A DNA stretch of 64,000 nt. It comes from Octopus vulgaris. Taxonomy: Eukaryota. Location of the stretch: contig OX597823.1 in the NCBI GenBank assembly GCA_951406725.2, positions 104,656,001 to 104,720,000 on the forward strand. Reading direction: 5' to 3'. This document shows positions 50,751 to 62,630 of this stretch, piece by piece. The number at the start of each line of letters is the position of its first letter. Within the stretch, counting starts at the first letter, position 1. Under the pieces are notes generated by a model. It searched no databases, was not told the origin of the DNA, and saw only the letters and a list, made by a program, of their open reading frames with translations. Both the position numbers and the translations under genes were made by a program.

Positions 50751-51089
50751 GTGTTATCAATTCTTTAAGTTCCAATGTTCTCAAGCCTTATTTGATTGCC
50801 CCTTCCCAGATCTTCTATAAATTCATGCTCATATCCTTTCATAGCACAAACTCAGAACAACTGTCATTTCTCAAATATACACCTGCCCTTACCTCAGATG
50901 TCTTACCACCTTAAGTCACAGCATGCATAGAAAACCTTACAAATACTTCATAAACTTTGCCCCTTGCTCAAAGACCTTACTACTCAACCTCCTTCTTTGG
51001 TTAATTATATCATCAAGACAGGTGATGGTCGTTTAGAGAATGCGCTAGCTAAGACTAAGCGCCTTCACTGGTCAGTTAAGGTGAGACAG

Positions 51090-51483
51090 TGTCACGTGAC
51101 AACTTGCTGGGTCTGCCTGCTGGAGCCTAGTGGCAGGTATTTAAAGGGAAAAAATTTGACAAGTCAGTCAGTCACCGGGTGACGATACATCGAAGAGGCC
51201 AGGGAACAGAAGAAAGAAGACATGCACCCAACACCAGAGCTGCAGACACCTCCGAAAGGGGGGGACCCGCCATGTCAAAACGGTATAGGAGTAGGGGCTG
51301 AAACTGGACGTGGTTCCTCCTGATGATGTCTTGAGCTAACTGGATCCTATAAAGGAGCTGTTGTGGTAGCAGACCACAAAACACGGTTGTAATTCCTCTT
51401 GTCTACAACTGTAAAACTATTTGGATCATTTGAGTGTCCTCAAATACATGCCTACTCATGTTGCCTGTTGTTAACCCAGTGCA
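51090..51483. mobile_element. Candidate solo LTR (394 bp)
   Basis: Begins TG(TCAC) and ends (GTG)CA; flanked by GACAG direct repeats (51085-51089, 51484-51488). GC-richer than its surroundings, with TATA-like gtatttaaag at ~51137. Confidence 0.5.
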
Positions 51484-54400
51484 GACAGTGTGCCCAAAGT
51501 TATGCTCTCCTACTCAACTCACCAAAATTCCTACATTGCATGTAAATCCATTATATGCATTAGTTACATAGTATTAAATTCTTTCTCATACCTTTACAGT
51601 ACAGGACCACTTTCCTGTTGCAACTGGACATTTGCTGACCCTGCCACTAATAAATACTTTTGGCTTGCTTTGTCACTTAACCTTCATTATTTACAAATGC
51701 AAAAAAAAAAAAAAAAAAAAAAGATTAATACATTATTAGCACTATTATACTCATTTTTTCATCTGGTATGCAAGCTGAAAGAGTTACTCACATGGGTAAC
51801 ATAAGAAATGGTTTAGTCAATAAGTGTTTATAGTATCTTTACTACACATAAAGTCAAGCATGATCACATTATCAGGACAATCAATATAGCACATGTTGTA
51901 GACGTGAACTGCCCATCCACTGAACTATTATATTATCAACTAGTCAGCCCCAGCAGCTATATTAAACTGGTGTCTAGGTCACTAGTAATTCACTGCAGAA
52001 AATTGAAATATTTTAGACATGGGCACCAAAAAAAAAAAAAAAAAAAAATGCTATCCGAAATTTAACCAAAAGAACACATAAATGTGAGGTTATTTAACCC
52101 AACCATTTAAAACCATAATCTAAAATTACTAAAATATATCTTCACGTGTCCTTCCCTTTGAGCGTCTAATTTCTGTCTCATGACAGTAATCAGAGGAGAA
52201 ATCTGGTTATTGAGGGATGCCAATCTTTAAGATGGAGATTTTTCTGTTGCAACCAAGTCGTGTAGGCTGGACAGTAAATATCAACGATTTTATTTTAATA
52301 ATAATGTGATAGAAATAGGGAACAACATTTGGGTAGGAAGTGAAACCTAACTTTTTATCAACTCTTTCAAGATAATGGTCGACGACAGAGAAAAGGAAGA
52401 AAAAAAAAAACAGATGAGAAGCTGATGGGAAACAAAGTTTGTAGATGACAGAAAATCTACAAAAAGTTGTGAGAAATGAAAAAGAGGGAGACAGACATTG
52501 TTTGAAACATTTTTGAAAGAAGGAGTAAGAATATTATTATTATAAGAAAATAAATTTGTCGAAGAACAATTTCACTTTATGTTTTCACATCCACATAACG
52601 GAACGAGACAGACAATAAGAGAAATAAGGGCCGTTTACTTTAGACAGGTATCACGAAGAGAGATTTATGGAAGGGAAGCGAAATTATTGAGGCGTTCGTG
52701 TGTCCTCCCCTCCTCCTCCTCAAGGGCCATCATCGAACGTCAAGTGGAATGGAGAGAAGCAAGAATCGAAAGAATGGAGTCGTTGATTCGGCCAACACAC
52801 AAACATAAATCGAGTCACTCTATGGCAATAAGAAAAGAAAAAGGGGAAAAAAAAAGATGAACGACAATGGAATGAGGAGGGGAAGTGTGTCCGTCCGTCC
52901 GTCCCTTTATCCAGAAATTTTGGATTTTGTGTGCGTGTTTTTGTTTGGGGATATTCAACGTGACTGACGGAATGGATTAGCTTTTATCTCGCACAGACTT
53001 GACCAATATTTAATGCCAAAAACAATAAATGTGTGTGTGTGCCAGAGAGAACGCCAAAAACGAAAGGGGAGGACGACGACAGAGGAGCTGCTGGAGTGAT
53101 GAGGATGGAGACATTTATTTTGACTGAGACAGGCACAAAGAAAGCAAAAAGAAAAAAGGGAAAATGTCTATTTCGGCTCTGTAAAGAAAAAAAAACTTAC
53201 AACACTATACTTTCAACAATACAGAGATACAAACACACATTCTATATATATATATATATACTATAAACACTAACAAACATACTGGAGGCACACGAGTCGG
53301 AAGAACATGCGAGAAAGAGGGTAGAAGTAGAGAAAATGGACATTAGGATAGACCCATACACACACAATATTTAAAGACGAGACCACCTCCACCCTGAAGA
53401 TTTATATATATATAAAAAAGGTTACGGCAGTGACAATTTCAAGAGAAGCCAAATACTATATTTTCATGTGTCGGTTTTATTTTATGGTATGCCATAAAGC
53501 GTGTGTGTGTAGAGAGAAAGAGAAGTGTGTGTGTAGAGAGGAAGAGAGAGAGAGGAAGAGAGAGAAAGAAAGAGAGGTGTGTGTGTGAGAGAGAGAGAGA
53601 GAGAGAAAATAAGGAAGATAACATGGATCTTACAACAGAACAATCAAAAAAACTTATTTTTGACAGACAGAAACACAGGGTTGTATGTACTCCGCAAAAT
53701 ATATATTTCCGAAAATTTAGACAAAGAAAAGGCTACTCTAAACATAACATTCAGAAAATAATAAATATTGAATAAAACTGGTTTTTACTTTTTAAAAAAA
53801 AAAAAAAAAAAATGGAATTCTGAAACAAAAGGTTTCAGGTTTTAGGATGAGGAAACATGTTTACAGAATGGAACACATTTGAAATTGCGAAAAGAATTAC
53901 GAATAGGGACAGGTCTCTCAACATACATTAATTTCAAAACAGTTCCTATATATACTCACACACAGTAACGTTTACAAAACACATTTACAACTTTATATAA
54001 CATCAGATTCTATTCTAACACCATCTTCAGAAGAATTAAAGTAATAAATATGCCTAATCTTTCTCCATAGCACTTGGGAAACTTCATAAACAGACGCAGA
54101 CAAAATTGTTCCAAATTCCTTCTAAATAGAAATTTAATTACTTTGACAAAAAAATAATGTTCCGGAGATTAAAAAGAGAGAAACGGGGAAAAAAAATAAA
54201 CACTGAAATATCTTCCTGAATTTTAATAATGTCCGTTGAAATGTAAGGAATGGATTATGCAGGAAAGCATATAATAGACTTTGGAGTATATAGAGGCAGA
54301 GAAACTTGTCGAAGACAATCACCCATTAAATATGAGGAGAAGAGTGAGAGAAGACAACACAAAAGACTGAATTAAACGACTAGAAATCTTCCTATAAAAC

Positions 54401-54833
54401 CCATTTTGATCATTTGTGTGTGTGTGTGTTGTGTGTCTAGTTTTGTTTAGACGATGAGATGTGATTCTGTATAATAAATATCAATAGATTTTGTAATACA
54501 GGAGAGCAAGTGGTTGATTATTATACACAGAATGTGTTATATAGCGGCTTAAGCGTGTGTTTATGCATCTAAGTGTATATATATTGAAACGAGTGCGTGT
54601 GTGCTGTGCAGATATGAGAAACCATGTTGTTGAAAAGAGTTTTTGACAGATGAGAAGTGGAAGAGAAAGATGGATAAAGATTGAGAGAGAGGGGACGGAG
54701 TCTTGAGTCTAACAAAGAGCAAAAGAGATCTCTTCTTTTAATGGCACATCTGCTTTTCAATACTGCACACACATTTAGCGGTTCCATGAATACACATACT
54801 GTGTGCACGCATTATATATTATATGTGTATATG

Positions 54834-54968
54834 TGAAAGGAAAAGGTGTTCAGAATGCTGGATGGTTGGAAAAATATATATTTATTTACACCAAGAAATA
54901 ATATGTGATATGTAAATAAATATATATTTTTACAAACATCCAGCATTCTGAACACTTTTTTTCTTTCA
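54834..54968. repeat. Near-perfect inverted repeat (~55-bp arms, 20-nt loop)
   Basis: ggtgttcagaatgctggatggttggaaaaatatatatttatttaca (to 54890) pairs with tgtaaataaatatatatttttacaaacatccagcattctgaacac (from 54911). Confidence 0.85.
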
Positions 54969-55017
54969 TAGGTATTAAATCTGTACATCACCCCCAACAC
55001 TTCTAACACACACACAC

Positions 55018-55061
<44 letters not shown>

Positions 55062-55524
55062 TACACGCACGTGTACGCATATATGTTAGAGAAAGGAAGC
55101 GAATAAACGATGTTACATAAACACACACACAAAAGACAAATGTAGGTTTATAAGTATTTATGATAACTGAAGAGAGAAACTCTAAATGTAATACGGAAAC
55201 CAATTTGTGTATTAAAATGCGTTTAAAGAGAATAAAAGTGAGAGAAGAGACAAGAAAATGAATGTTACGTTTTCGTATGAATAAAGGAAATGGCTTAAAT
55301 TTGCTTGTTTATTCAGCCAAGCCTCATGTGTCAATTTATATATTAGCGATGACAATGTGGTATTTGGTGGGTTTCATTGTAGAAGAAACAGAATCAGACG
55401 ATGAAGAAAGCTAATTCGGTGGATTGGTTTGGAGAAATAACAAAAACACGGATGAGAGGTTTCAGCGGATATTTGTAGGAGTCATTGGCAGAAGAAATAT
55501 TTTTTCATCGACTTCATTAAATAC

Positions 55525-55617
55525 ATATATATGGTACGCATGTATGTATATATATATATAATAGATATGGTATGTAAGTATATATATATATATAGAGAGA
55601 GAGAAATGGTATGTATG

Positions 55618-55677
<60 letters not shown>

Positions 55678-55695
55678 TGGTATGTATGTATATTT
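55525..55695. repeat. Compound (TA)n / atggtatgta minisatellite
   Basis: Four atggta(t/c)g units, each followed by TA runs. Confidence 0.85.
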
Positions 55696-56051
55696 TTATT
55701 CGAAGCAGAAGATTCACTCCGTGTCATACATAAAAGCTTCGAAAGAATAATCTGTGCTTCCAGTAATTTTTTTTTTCCTACCAGAAAGTCGACCTAAACG
55801 GATAAAGATATATTTTGTGTTTCCTTCTCCCTTCCTTGCCATATTTCTCCTTCTTCTCCTTCTTCGGGGTGGATAGAAAATTGTCGCTCGATTTATAACA
55901 TCTATAATTGCACATCAATGACAGGGTTTATTATTATTATTATTTTTTACGGACAAACAAAAAGCAACAAAGACAAGAACCGGACGACCGAAATCTGGTG
56001 AGAAAAGAGAAAGAAGAAGCGGCAGCAGATACAAATAACAGGTCTCCTTAC

Positions 56052-56114
56052 CTCCCTAAATAACAGTTTAGACATAAGATTCCCGCCATTTATTCGACTG
56101 CATAAAGCCGCCAT
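56052..56114 (-). CDS. DCAF15: DCAF15 coding exon 1 (MAALCSRINGGNLMSKLLFRE)
   Basis: ATG at 56114-56112 in an AAATGGCGGC context. 63 nt open frame ending at the donor GAG|gtaagg (phase 0), matching the phase-0 start of exon 2. NLMSKLLFRE|VRG resembles the N-terminal DDB1-binding helix of DCAFs (human DCAF15 HVLKQLERVK|ISG, from memory). Lies in the CpG-rich promoter-like region. Confidence 0.75.
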
Positions 56115-56260
56115 TTGCTTTGAATGATGATCATGTGACCACCAGATGTCGCTGCTGGCTCAGCGGGCAACAACAACAACAACGGCGACGACGAGGTTAG
56201 CGAAAGGCAAGGAATCGCTGCATGCCGGTACTTAGCAGCGCCGCACTGAATGACATCCTT
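56083..56260 (-). promoter_or_regulatory. DCAF15 promoter/TSS region with two YY1-like sites, an E-box and a CTCF-like site
   Basis: CCGCCATTT at 56083-56091; GCCGCCATTT at 56107-56116 (YY1 consensus overlapping the ATG); TCATGTGA at 56131-56138; TGACCACCAGATGTCGCTG at 56136-56154 (CTCF-like). CpG density is locally high in an otherwise CpG-poor window. Confidence 0.6.
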
Positions 56261-57359
56261 CCACAGACGCAGTTACTGCAGCCTTTTTTTATGTTTTTTT
56301 CTTCTCTTTAGCATATATACATCTGTATCTCCAAATGCAGAAATATAATTTTGGGACTTCTTCGAAAAATATAAATAAATTATTAAGTGTAATTTTATGC
56401 GATGAAAATATTCCTTTCTGAAATTAAATATTAACAAAGCGTTTCTCAATGAATCCCCCTCCTACTCCGTCACTAATCAATATCATTTATTAAATTGATA
56501 TTCTTACTTTTGAAGGCATGAAGATCACAACTTCGTCACATTTCCCTCCAACATAACTCATAATTTCCTGTTTATGCAACAACTGGAGTTTTTTTCTCCT
56601 TTTTCTTTTTGTTCCTGTCAACTAATTGTATGTCTTGGGGTAAAAAAATAAATTAAAATATAACAAAAAGATAAAAACAAACTTTCTTACCTGAATCTCT
56701 GAAATTATTTTCCTTTAGCTTTTAGCATCTGCAGACAATGGCATATTTGCATTATATTGATGCTTGGTTTTATTTATAGATGCTCAAAAATCTTGGGACT
56801 GATAATTTCCCCCTTTTCTTGTACCAATGTCACATTTCTTTTGCCTCCACATTCTTGTTCAAAGCTGCTTATTTAACATCAAGAATTGTTACATGCACTT
56901 TTGGCATTAATACCGGCACCAGTTTTATAATATCACAATGCCAAAGAAACTGCTACATAGACACTTGATCCAGCTGCCAAATTGCCCTCAAATCACAGCC
57001 AAAAAGGACCCGTTAAATATTGTGGTCCTGAATGTGGCTGAGAAGATGGGAAGATCATATTTGGAAGATCTTTCTCCACAATCAGCTCAATTAGAGTTGA
57101 CCTGAAACTAAACAACAACAAGCATAATTTTTTTCCTCTTTTGTTTTTGCTATGAGTACAAGGTATGAAATTTCAGGGGAGGGTGGCTGGTCGATTACAT
57201 TGACTCAGATTCTTGACCGATATTTATTTTATTAACCCTGAAAAGAAAAACTCATAACATAAAGCCAGAAGAAATGTTGCTTGGCATTTTGACCAGCCTC
57301 CAAATGATTCTACTACTTTGCTTCCTTATAACAACTATGATTTCACGTTGAAGCACGTA

Positions 57360-57806
57360 AAATCAAAATCAAACTCAGTGACTGGCATCCGTTGCTAGTG
57401 GAGTGTGAAGAGTACCATATGAGTGAGATCGTTGGCAGAGCAACAAGCTGGCCTTCATGCCGATGGCACGTTAAACACACCATTCAGGTGTGATCGTTAC
57501 CTGCGTCACCTTACTAGCACTTGTGCTGGTAGCACGTGAAAACATTCGAGTGAGGTCGTTGCCAGTGCAGGTGGCACATAAAAAGCACCATTTCAGTGTG
57601 ACCGTTGCCAGTACAACCAAACTGGCCCTTGTGTCAGTGGCATGTAAAAGCACCCACTACACTCTCGGAATGGTTGGTGTTAGGAAGGGCATCCAGCTGT
57701 AGAAACTGTGCCAGATCAGATTGGAGTCTGGTTCGCCAGACCTCAGTCAAATCATCCAACCCATGCTAGCAGGGAAAGCGGACGTTAAACGATGATGATG
57801 ATGATG
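57360..57806 (+). mobile_element. RTE LINE 3' UTR/tail
   Basis: Tandem UTR units plus tail ending in (gat)n. Confidence 0.85.
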
Positions 57807-58698
57807 AATATCAGGTCCTTTATATTCTATAGACATAGCTGTGTGTTGAGAAATCCACTTTGCAACCATAAAAGTTGACTGAAAAGTTCATAAAGTGACC
57901 AAGATACTTTCATGGAATGTGACCGAATGAAGCTTATTTATCAATAGTGCTCTCCACACACTAATTACATCAGTGTTACTGTGCTTAGATCTCATTGGTG
58001 AAGAAGCTTTCATTCTGTTGGTCAAAAAAAGTCATTAACAGTGGATATGACATTATCATCCTTGTGATACTGGTTCCTAGCCAAGTGTTTTTTTTTTTTA
58101 TATGTTGAGGAATAAATGATAGTCAGATAGAACCAGATCAGGAGAATAGGGACAGTGACCAACCAGTTCTAAGCCACAGCCATGCACAGCAGCCAATGAA
58201 AGCAAGGACTTCTGTGCTGGAGAATGGTCCTGATGAAACAAAACACCTTTCATCAGTTTTCCTGGTCATTTGGTCTTGATAGCCTTTCATAATTGCCTCA
58301 GCAAGTTGGCATTATATTCTCCATTGATGGTGCAGCCCTTTTGAAGATAGTCAATAAACACAAGACTTTTTGCCTCCCAAAAAACTGAGGCCATCACCTA
58401 ACCTGCAGATGAAATAATTTTGGCCTTCTTTGGAGCAGGGTGTTTGCTCTGCATGCATTGTCTCTTTGTCACTGGCTCAAAGTGATGGAGCCAACACTCA
58501 TCCTGGTTTAGGAAACACCTGAGGAAACCTACTGGATCTGTCTCAAACAACGTCAGGTCTTCCTGTGATGTAATCAGCTTAGTGCACTTTTGATAAGGTG
58601 TCAGAAGACATGGTGCCCACTGAGCAGAGAGAGGGAATGGCTTGTTCACCAAGCTGAGTTCATTGTGCAGAATATTCTCAACTCTCTTATGAGATGTG

Positions 58699-58879
58699 TT
58701 CAAACATTTAAATTTAATTTGTCAAAATATTTTCGTCGCTTTGAGACCGCGACCTGTTCACTGACAGAATTCCGTGCTGCATCTGACAAATTAAATTTAA
58801 ATGTTGAAGTGAATCTAACGGTTTTTGTGTGTTTCTTAAATGGCTTATAAACAAACACCTTCCATGCTGCAATTGTTTA
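58699..58879. mobile_element. Inverted/rearranged copy of the 26.1-kb repeat inserted in the mariner
   Basis: 58703-58782 is the reverse complement of ~26101-26180; 58784-58878 is a direct copy of ~26159-26249. Confidence 0.8.
58718..58768 (-). ncRNA. Minimal hammerhead ribozyme variant with G3-C8 core (second copy)
   Basis: Minus strand: TCTGTCA GTGAACA G GTCGC ggtctcaaa GCGAC GAAA ATAT T T TGACAAA. Stem II is perfect; the triplet is UUU. Confidence 0.62.
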
Positions 58880-59519
58880 TTAACTATTTGATTTATAGTC
58901 AATTGCCTGTCATCCATCACCCTGTGGTGAACATAATGTTTTCCTCAGTGGTTCCAGGTTGTTCAGACCTTTGGTCACCTTCAAGACTCACTTCCCCTTC
59001 TAAATTCAGCTTCCCACTTTTGCATGGTTGATAGAGCTGGAGTGTCATACCCTAATATAGCAACCATGTCAGCATGAATTTTGTTGGGGGATAAATCCTT
59101 TTTCTGCAGGTACTTGATTACACCATAATGTCAAATGTTGTCCATTTCCAAGAGAAGTCATAAATAGTTACTGACAACTACAGACTGTATTAGTTAGCTC
59201 CAGTTGTGAACCACTTCAGAAATACATAAAAAAATATATCTGAAATTGTGGAAGGGCCAACTTGGATTTTGCCAGTACATTCCAATGTACAAGGTTTGAC
59301 ATCAAAAGTTATGAATTCTGTAAGAGTGGGAATAGGTATGTGTATGCTTTATCATACACATTGGATTCACTACTGAATACGATGTGAATGAAGGTGGCTA
59401 AGGTGAGAAAGTTGCTTATACCTTGATTGAACCATTTTTAGGTAAAAAAAACTAAGTTATTCCTGGCCAGATTTTTCACTACTAGCCTTACCCAGGCCTT
59501 ATCTTTATTAGAAAAGAAA

Positions 59520-59593
59520 ACTTTGGTGGATCAGAGGTAGAATGTTTGCCTACCATAGGGGCAGCCCGGATTCATTTCCCAGCTGATGTACCA
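59520..59593 (+). pseudogene. Retroposed tRNA-Gly(GCC)-derived pseudogene with encoded 3' CCA
   Basis: ggtggatcagaggtagaatgtttgcctaccataggggcagcccggattcatttcccagctgatgta-CCA aligns without gaps over 71 nt to the conserved metazoan tRNA-Gly(GCC) as recalled (roughly three-quarters identical, many CpG transitions). The anticodon position now reads ACC. Confidence 0.75.
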
Positions 59594-59899
59594 CATCTTT
59601 TTAAAGGTAATGTTCCAACATGGCCCTAGTCATTGGCTGAAACCTGTAAAAGACAATAAAAGAATATGTGTATTGGGCACTGTAAATAAATACTGGGTTG
59701 GCAGGCCAAGAGATGCTTCACAAAGTTACTGGGAGGGGGAAAATAACATCAAAGTATATCATTTCAAAGACAAAAGGAATATAACCATGCTAATCACAAT
59801 GTATGGTAACTGCTTTGATTTGGTGGGTGGAGCAGCTGAGGTCACAGGGGAATGCATTAGGAAACTTTGATGCTTTATAATTTATACTTATAATTTGCA

Positions 59900-60407
59900 A
59901 AGAGCACCATACGAGTGTGATTGTTGACAGAGTGGCTAACCGGCTTCTGTGCCAGTGGTACATAAAAGGGCACCATTCAAGTGTGATCGTTACCAGCACC
60001 GCCTAATTGGCACTTGTGCCTGTGCTAGTAGGGTGCCAAGAGCACCATCCGAGCATGATCGTTGCCAGAGCAGCCAACTGGCTTTCATACCAGTGGCACA
60101 TAAAAGGGCACCATTCGAGCGTGATTGTTACTAACATCGCCTTACTGGCACCTGTGCCGGTGGCATGTGTAAAAAGATTCGAGTGAGGTCATTGCCGGTA
60201 CTGCCTGACTGGTCCTCGTGCCAGTGGCATGTAAAAAGCACCCACTACACTCTCGGAGTAGTTGGCGTTAGGAAGGGCATCCAGCTGTAGAAACTGCCAG
60301 ATCACGATTGGAGCCTGGTGCAGCCATCTGGTTTGCCAGCCCCCAGTCAAAATCATCCAACCCATGCTAGCATGGAAAGCAGACGTTAAACGATGATGAT
60401 GATGATG
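59900..60407 (+). mobile_element. RTE LINE 3' UTR/tail
   Basis: Tandem UTR units plus (gat)n tail. Confidence 0.85.
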
Positions 60408-61794
60408 AATAGTTGTATAGTTGGTGTTGCTTTATGTAACAATGTTATTCTTGCATATCCAAGCAAAAAAAACAAACATTTAGAAGGGTTTTTTTTCCAT
60501 ATGCTTGATATCACACTCTGCAGTACTTCTGTTTCTTATATATATATACTTTCCTCTTTGAAATGATTTGCAAAATAACTGAAGAAAATCACAAGCAAAA
60601 TCTGTCTTCCTCCGGAGGTCATCGATCTGTAGAAAACCCCCCTGCATCTGGCAGAGAGGCATTTCCTTTTATCAGTACCTTCAACTGATTAAAAAAAACC
60701 CAAAAACAAAAACAAAAACAAAAAAAAACACGCCTCAACTAAAGGATGTAAAGTGTATTTAAAGAATGTTACATGGAGAGGAAGTTATTATTAATGTGTA
60801 GACTATTATGTGGGATTATATGTCAATCTATGTTTAAAAATATTTCACACACAAGTGTGGCACGTAAAAAGCACTAACTGATCATGGACGATGCTAGTAC
60901 CTGCTGACTGGCTCTTGTGCAGGTAGCACGTAAAAAGCACCATCTGAATGTGATCGATGCGAGACCCACCTGACTGGTTCCCGTGCCAGTGGCACGTAAA
61001 AAGCACCAACTACACTCGTGGCCATTTGCGCTGTTTCGGGGCCTACCTCTCGACGGCATCAATGTGCACTGATATGAGGCCCCACTTGCTAGATCAGCTG
61101 GTTATCGAATAAAGCTCAATATTCTTCTAACCATCGCTCATCGTCTCTTTTTAACCAAATCCAGTGGCTAGCCTTCTCCACTGTAGTTTGCTTTACGATG
61201 AGTTAGGCCTAACGATAACAACAGTTGTCTCATTAACTCTGTTACCTAAATAAACCATTACTTACTTAAGTTCTTCAATCCTTTTAGAGGAAAGTCCATC
61301 AATGACATTTTATCACTGTTCTCAACCTCTGGGCTGTCTTTAATGTATGGTCTTGTTGTTTTTGAATTCTTTGATATTTCTTCTCTAACTTGGATTTTTT
61401 TCTTTTTATGTAGTGCTGTCAACCCTTTTCAAACCCATTTTTATTCCTGGAAAGAAGTGGTTCATATTAGCCTGGCCTCTATCCTTTGACCTGTCCAGCA
61501 TGGTATAGCTCTTGGGGTCGCTGAGGGGTACAAGCTATGCATGCTGCAATAGAGACTTGCCTTTGTGGTGAAAGCACACTATGGCAGGAATTTAAATCAG
61601 AGTTCAAAGAGCAGGAACAGCTATCACAAGAAATCCTGTCTGATATTCTTACTGTTCTGCAAATCCAATATCCTGGATGGATACTTTTTTATTGAACACA
61701 GAAAGGATGAAAGGCAAAGTTGGTCTCAACAGAAATTCACAACAAATGACAAGAAACATTCTGTCTGATGTTCTTATGTATCTGCCAACCTGCT

Positions 61795-62189
61795 GTTCTT
61801 GAGGAGACCTATTGGGTCAAGTACATCAACATCAAAATAAAAATTCAAATAGAAATTGTAGTTAAGACACCTGTACCGGTGACACGTAAAAAGCACCGTC
61901 CGAACATGGCAGATGCCAGCGCCGCCTGACTGGCGTTCGTGTCAGTGACACGTAAAAGCACCAACCGATCGTAGCCTTTTGCCAGCCTGCTCTGGCACCA
62001 GTGCCGGTGGCACGTAAAAAACACACACTACGCTCACGGAGTGGTTGGCGTTAGGAAAGGCATCCAGCTGTAGAAACACTGCCAAATCAGACTAGAGCCT
62101 GGTGCAGCCTCCATGGCTTACCAGACCCCAGTTGAACCGTTCAACCTATGCTAACATGGAAAACGGACGTTAAATGATGATGATGATGA
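61795..62189 (+). mobile_element. RTE LINE 3' UTR/tail
   Basis: Same start (cttgaggagacctattg) as the 17806 copy, with more UTR units; (gat)n tail. Confidence 0.85.
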
Positions 62190-62630
62190 CATTGTGGAAG
62201 CAGCATGTTAGCAATTTAAAACAAACACATACACCCAAGTCACTTTTGTTTTTACATTATGATAGTAATACACACCATAAAGTGTTTAAAAAAATGATGT
62301 CTCTTATATAATTCCACAGCTTTTGGCAGTTTATAATATTACCATGAACTAAAACAAAAGTGAATATCACACTATACATGTGCTTTTGAATGGCTGTCAT
62401 CAATCTTCCATTATAGATAGATATTATTTTTATTAAATATAGGAATCATAAAATCTATATTTTACCATTATGCAATATAAAGATATGTAATTTGTTATAC
62501 ACAATGTTTGTTGCACAATATATTAGAGGATACTGTTTTACAAGCTTCCTTCAGTTGCCATGCTGGAGCTCCACCTTGAATAATTTGGTCAGTCAAATCA
62601 ATACCAATGATTATTTTGTATCAAGTATTT

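Larger units (their letters stand above)
57870..59230 (-). mobile_element. Degenerate mariner transposon interrupted by a hammerhead-bearing insertion
   Basis: Minus-strand remnants VIKYLQKK.LSP..IHADM, MMDDRQLTINQIV, KRVENILHNEL, QDECWLHHFEP.TKRQ and KKAK...SAG are typical mariner HTH and catalytic motifs. Confidence 0.85.

Noticed and set aside
51294-51335. GAAAC...CTGATGA as a permuted (type II) hammerhead inside the candidate LTR
   Set aside because: No room for stem I between the putative triplet and CTGATGA; stem II relies mostly on G-U pairs.
52579-53775. ORFs of 61-93 aa in the CpG-richer region
   Set aside because: Low-complexity, purine-rich or microsatellite-derived translations without family motifs or splice support; more simply explained as promoter-proximal intron.
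60480-60690. Short open frames on both strands (IDDLRRKTDFACDF...; MICKITEENHKQ...)
   Set aside because: No recognisable homology and weak splice context; cannot be supported as an exon.
61020-61220. GGGGCCT...AGGCCCC hairpin with adjacent GAAAC (minus) and an AATAAA...TAACA end
   Set aside because: No hammerhead or HDV core could be assembled; possibly the 3' part of an LTR, but boundaries and TSD are not demonstrable.
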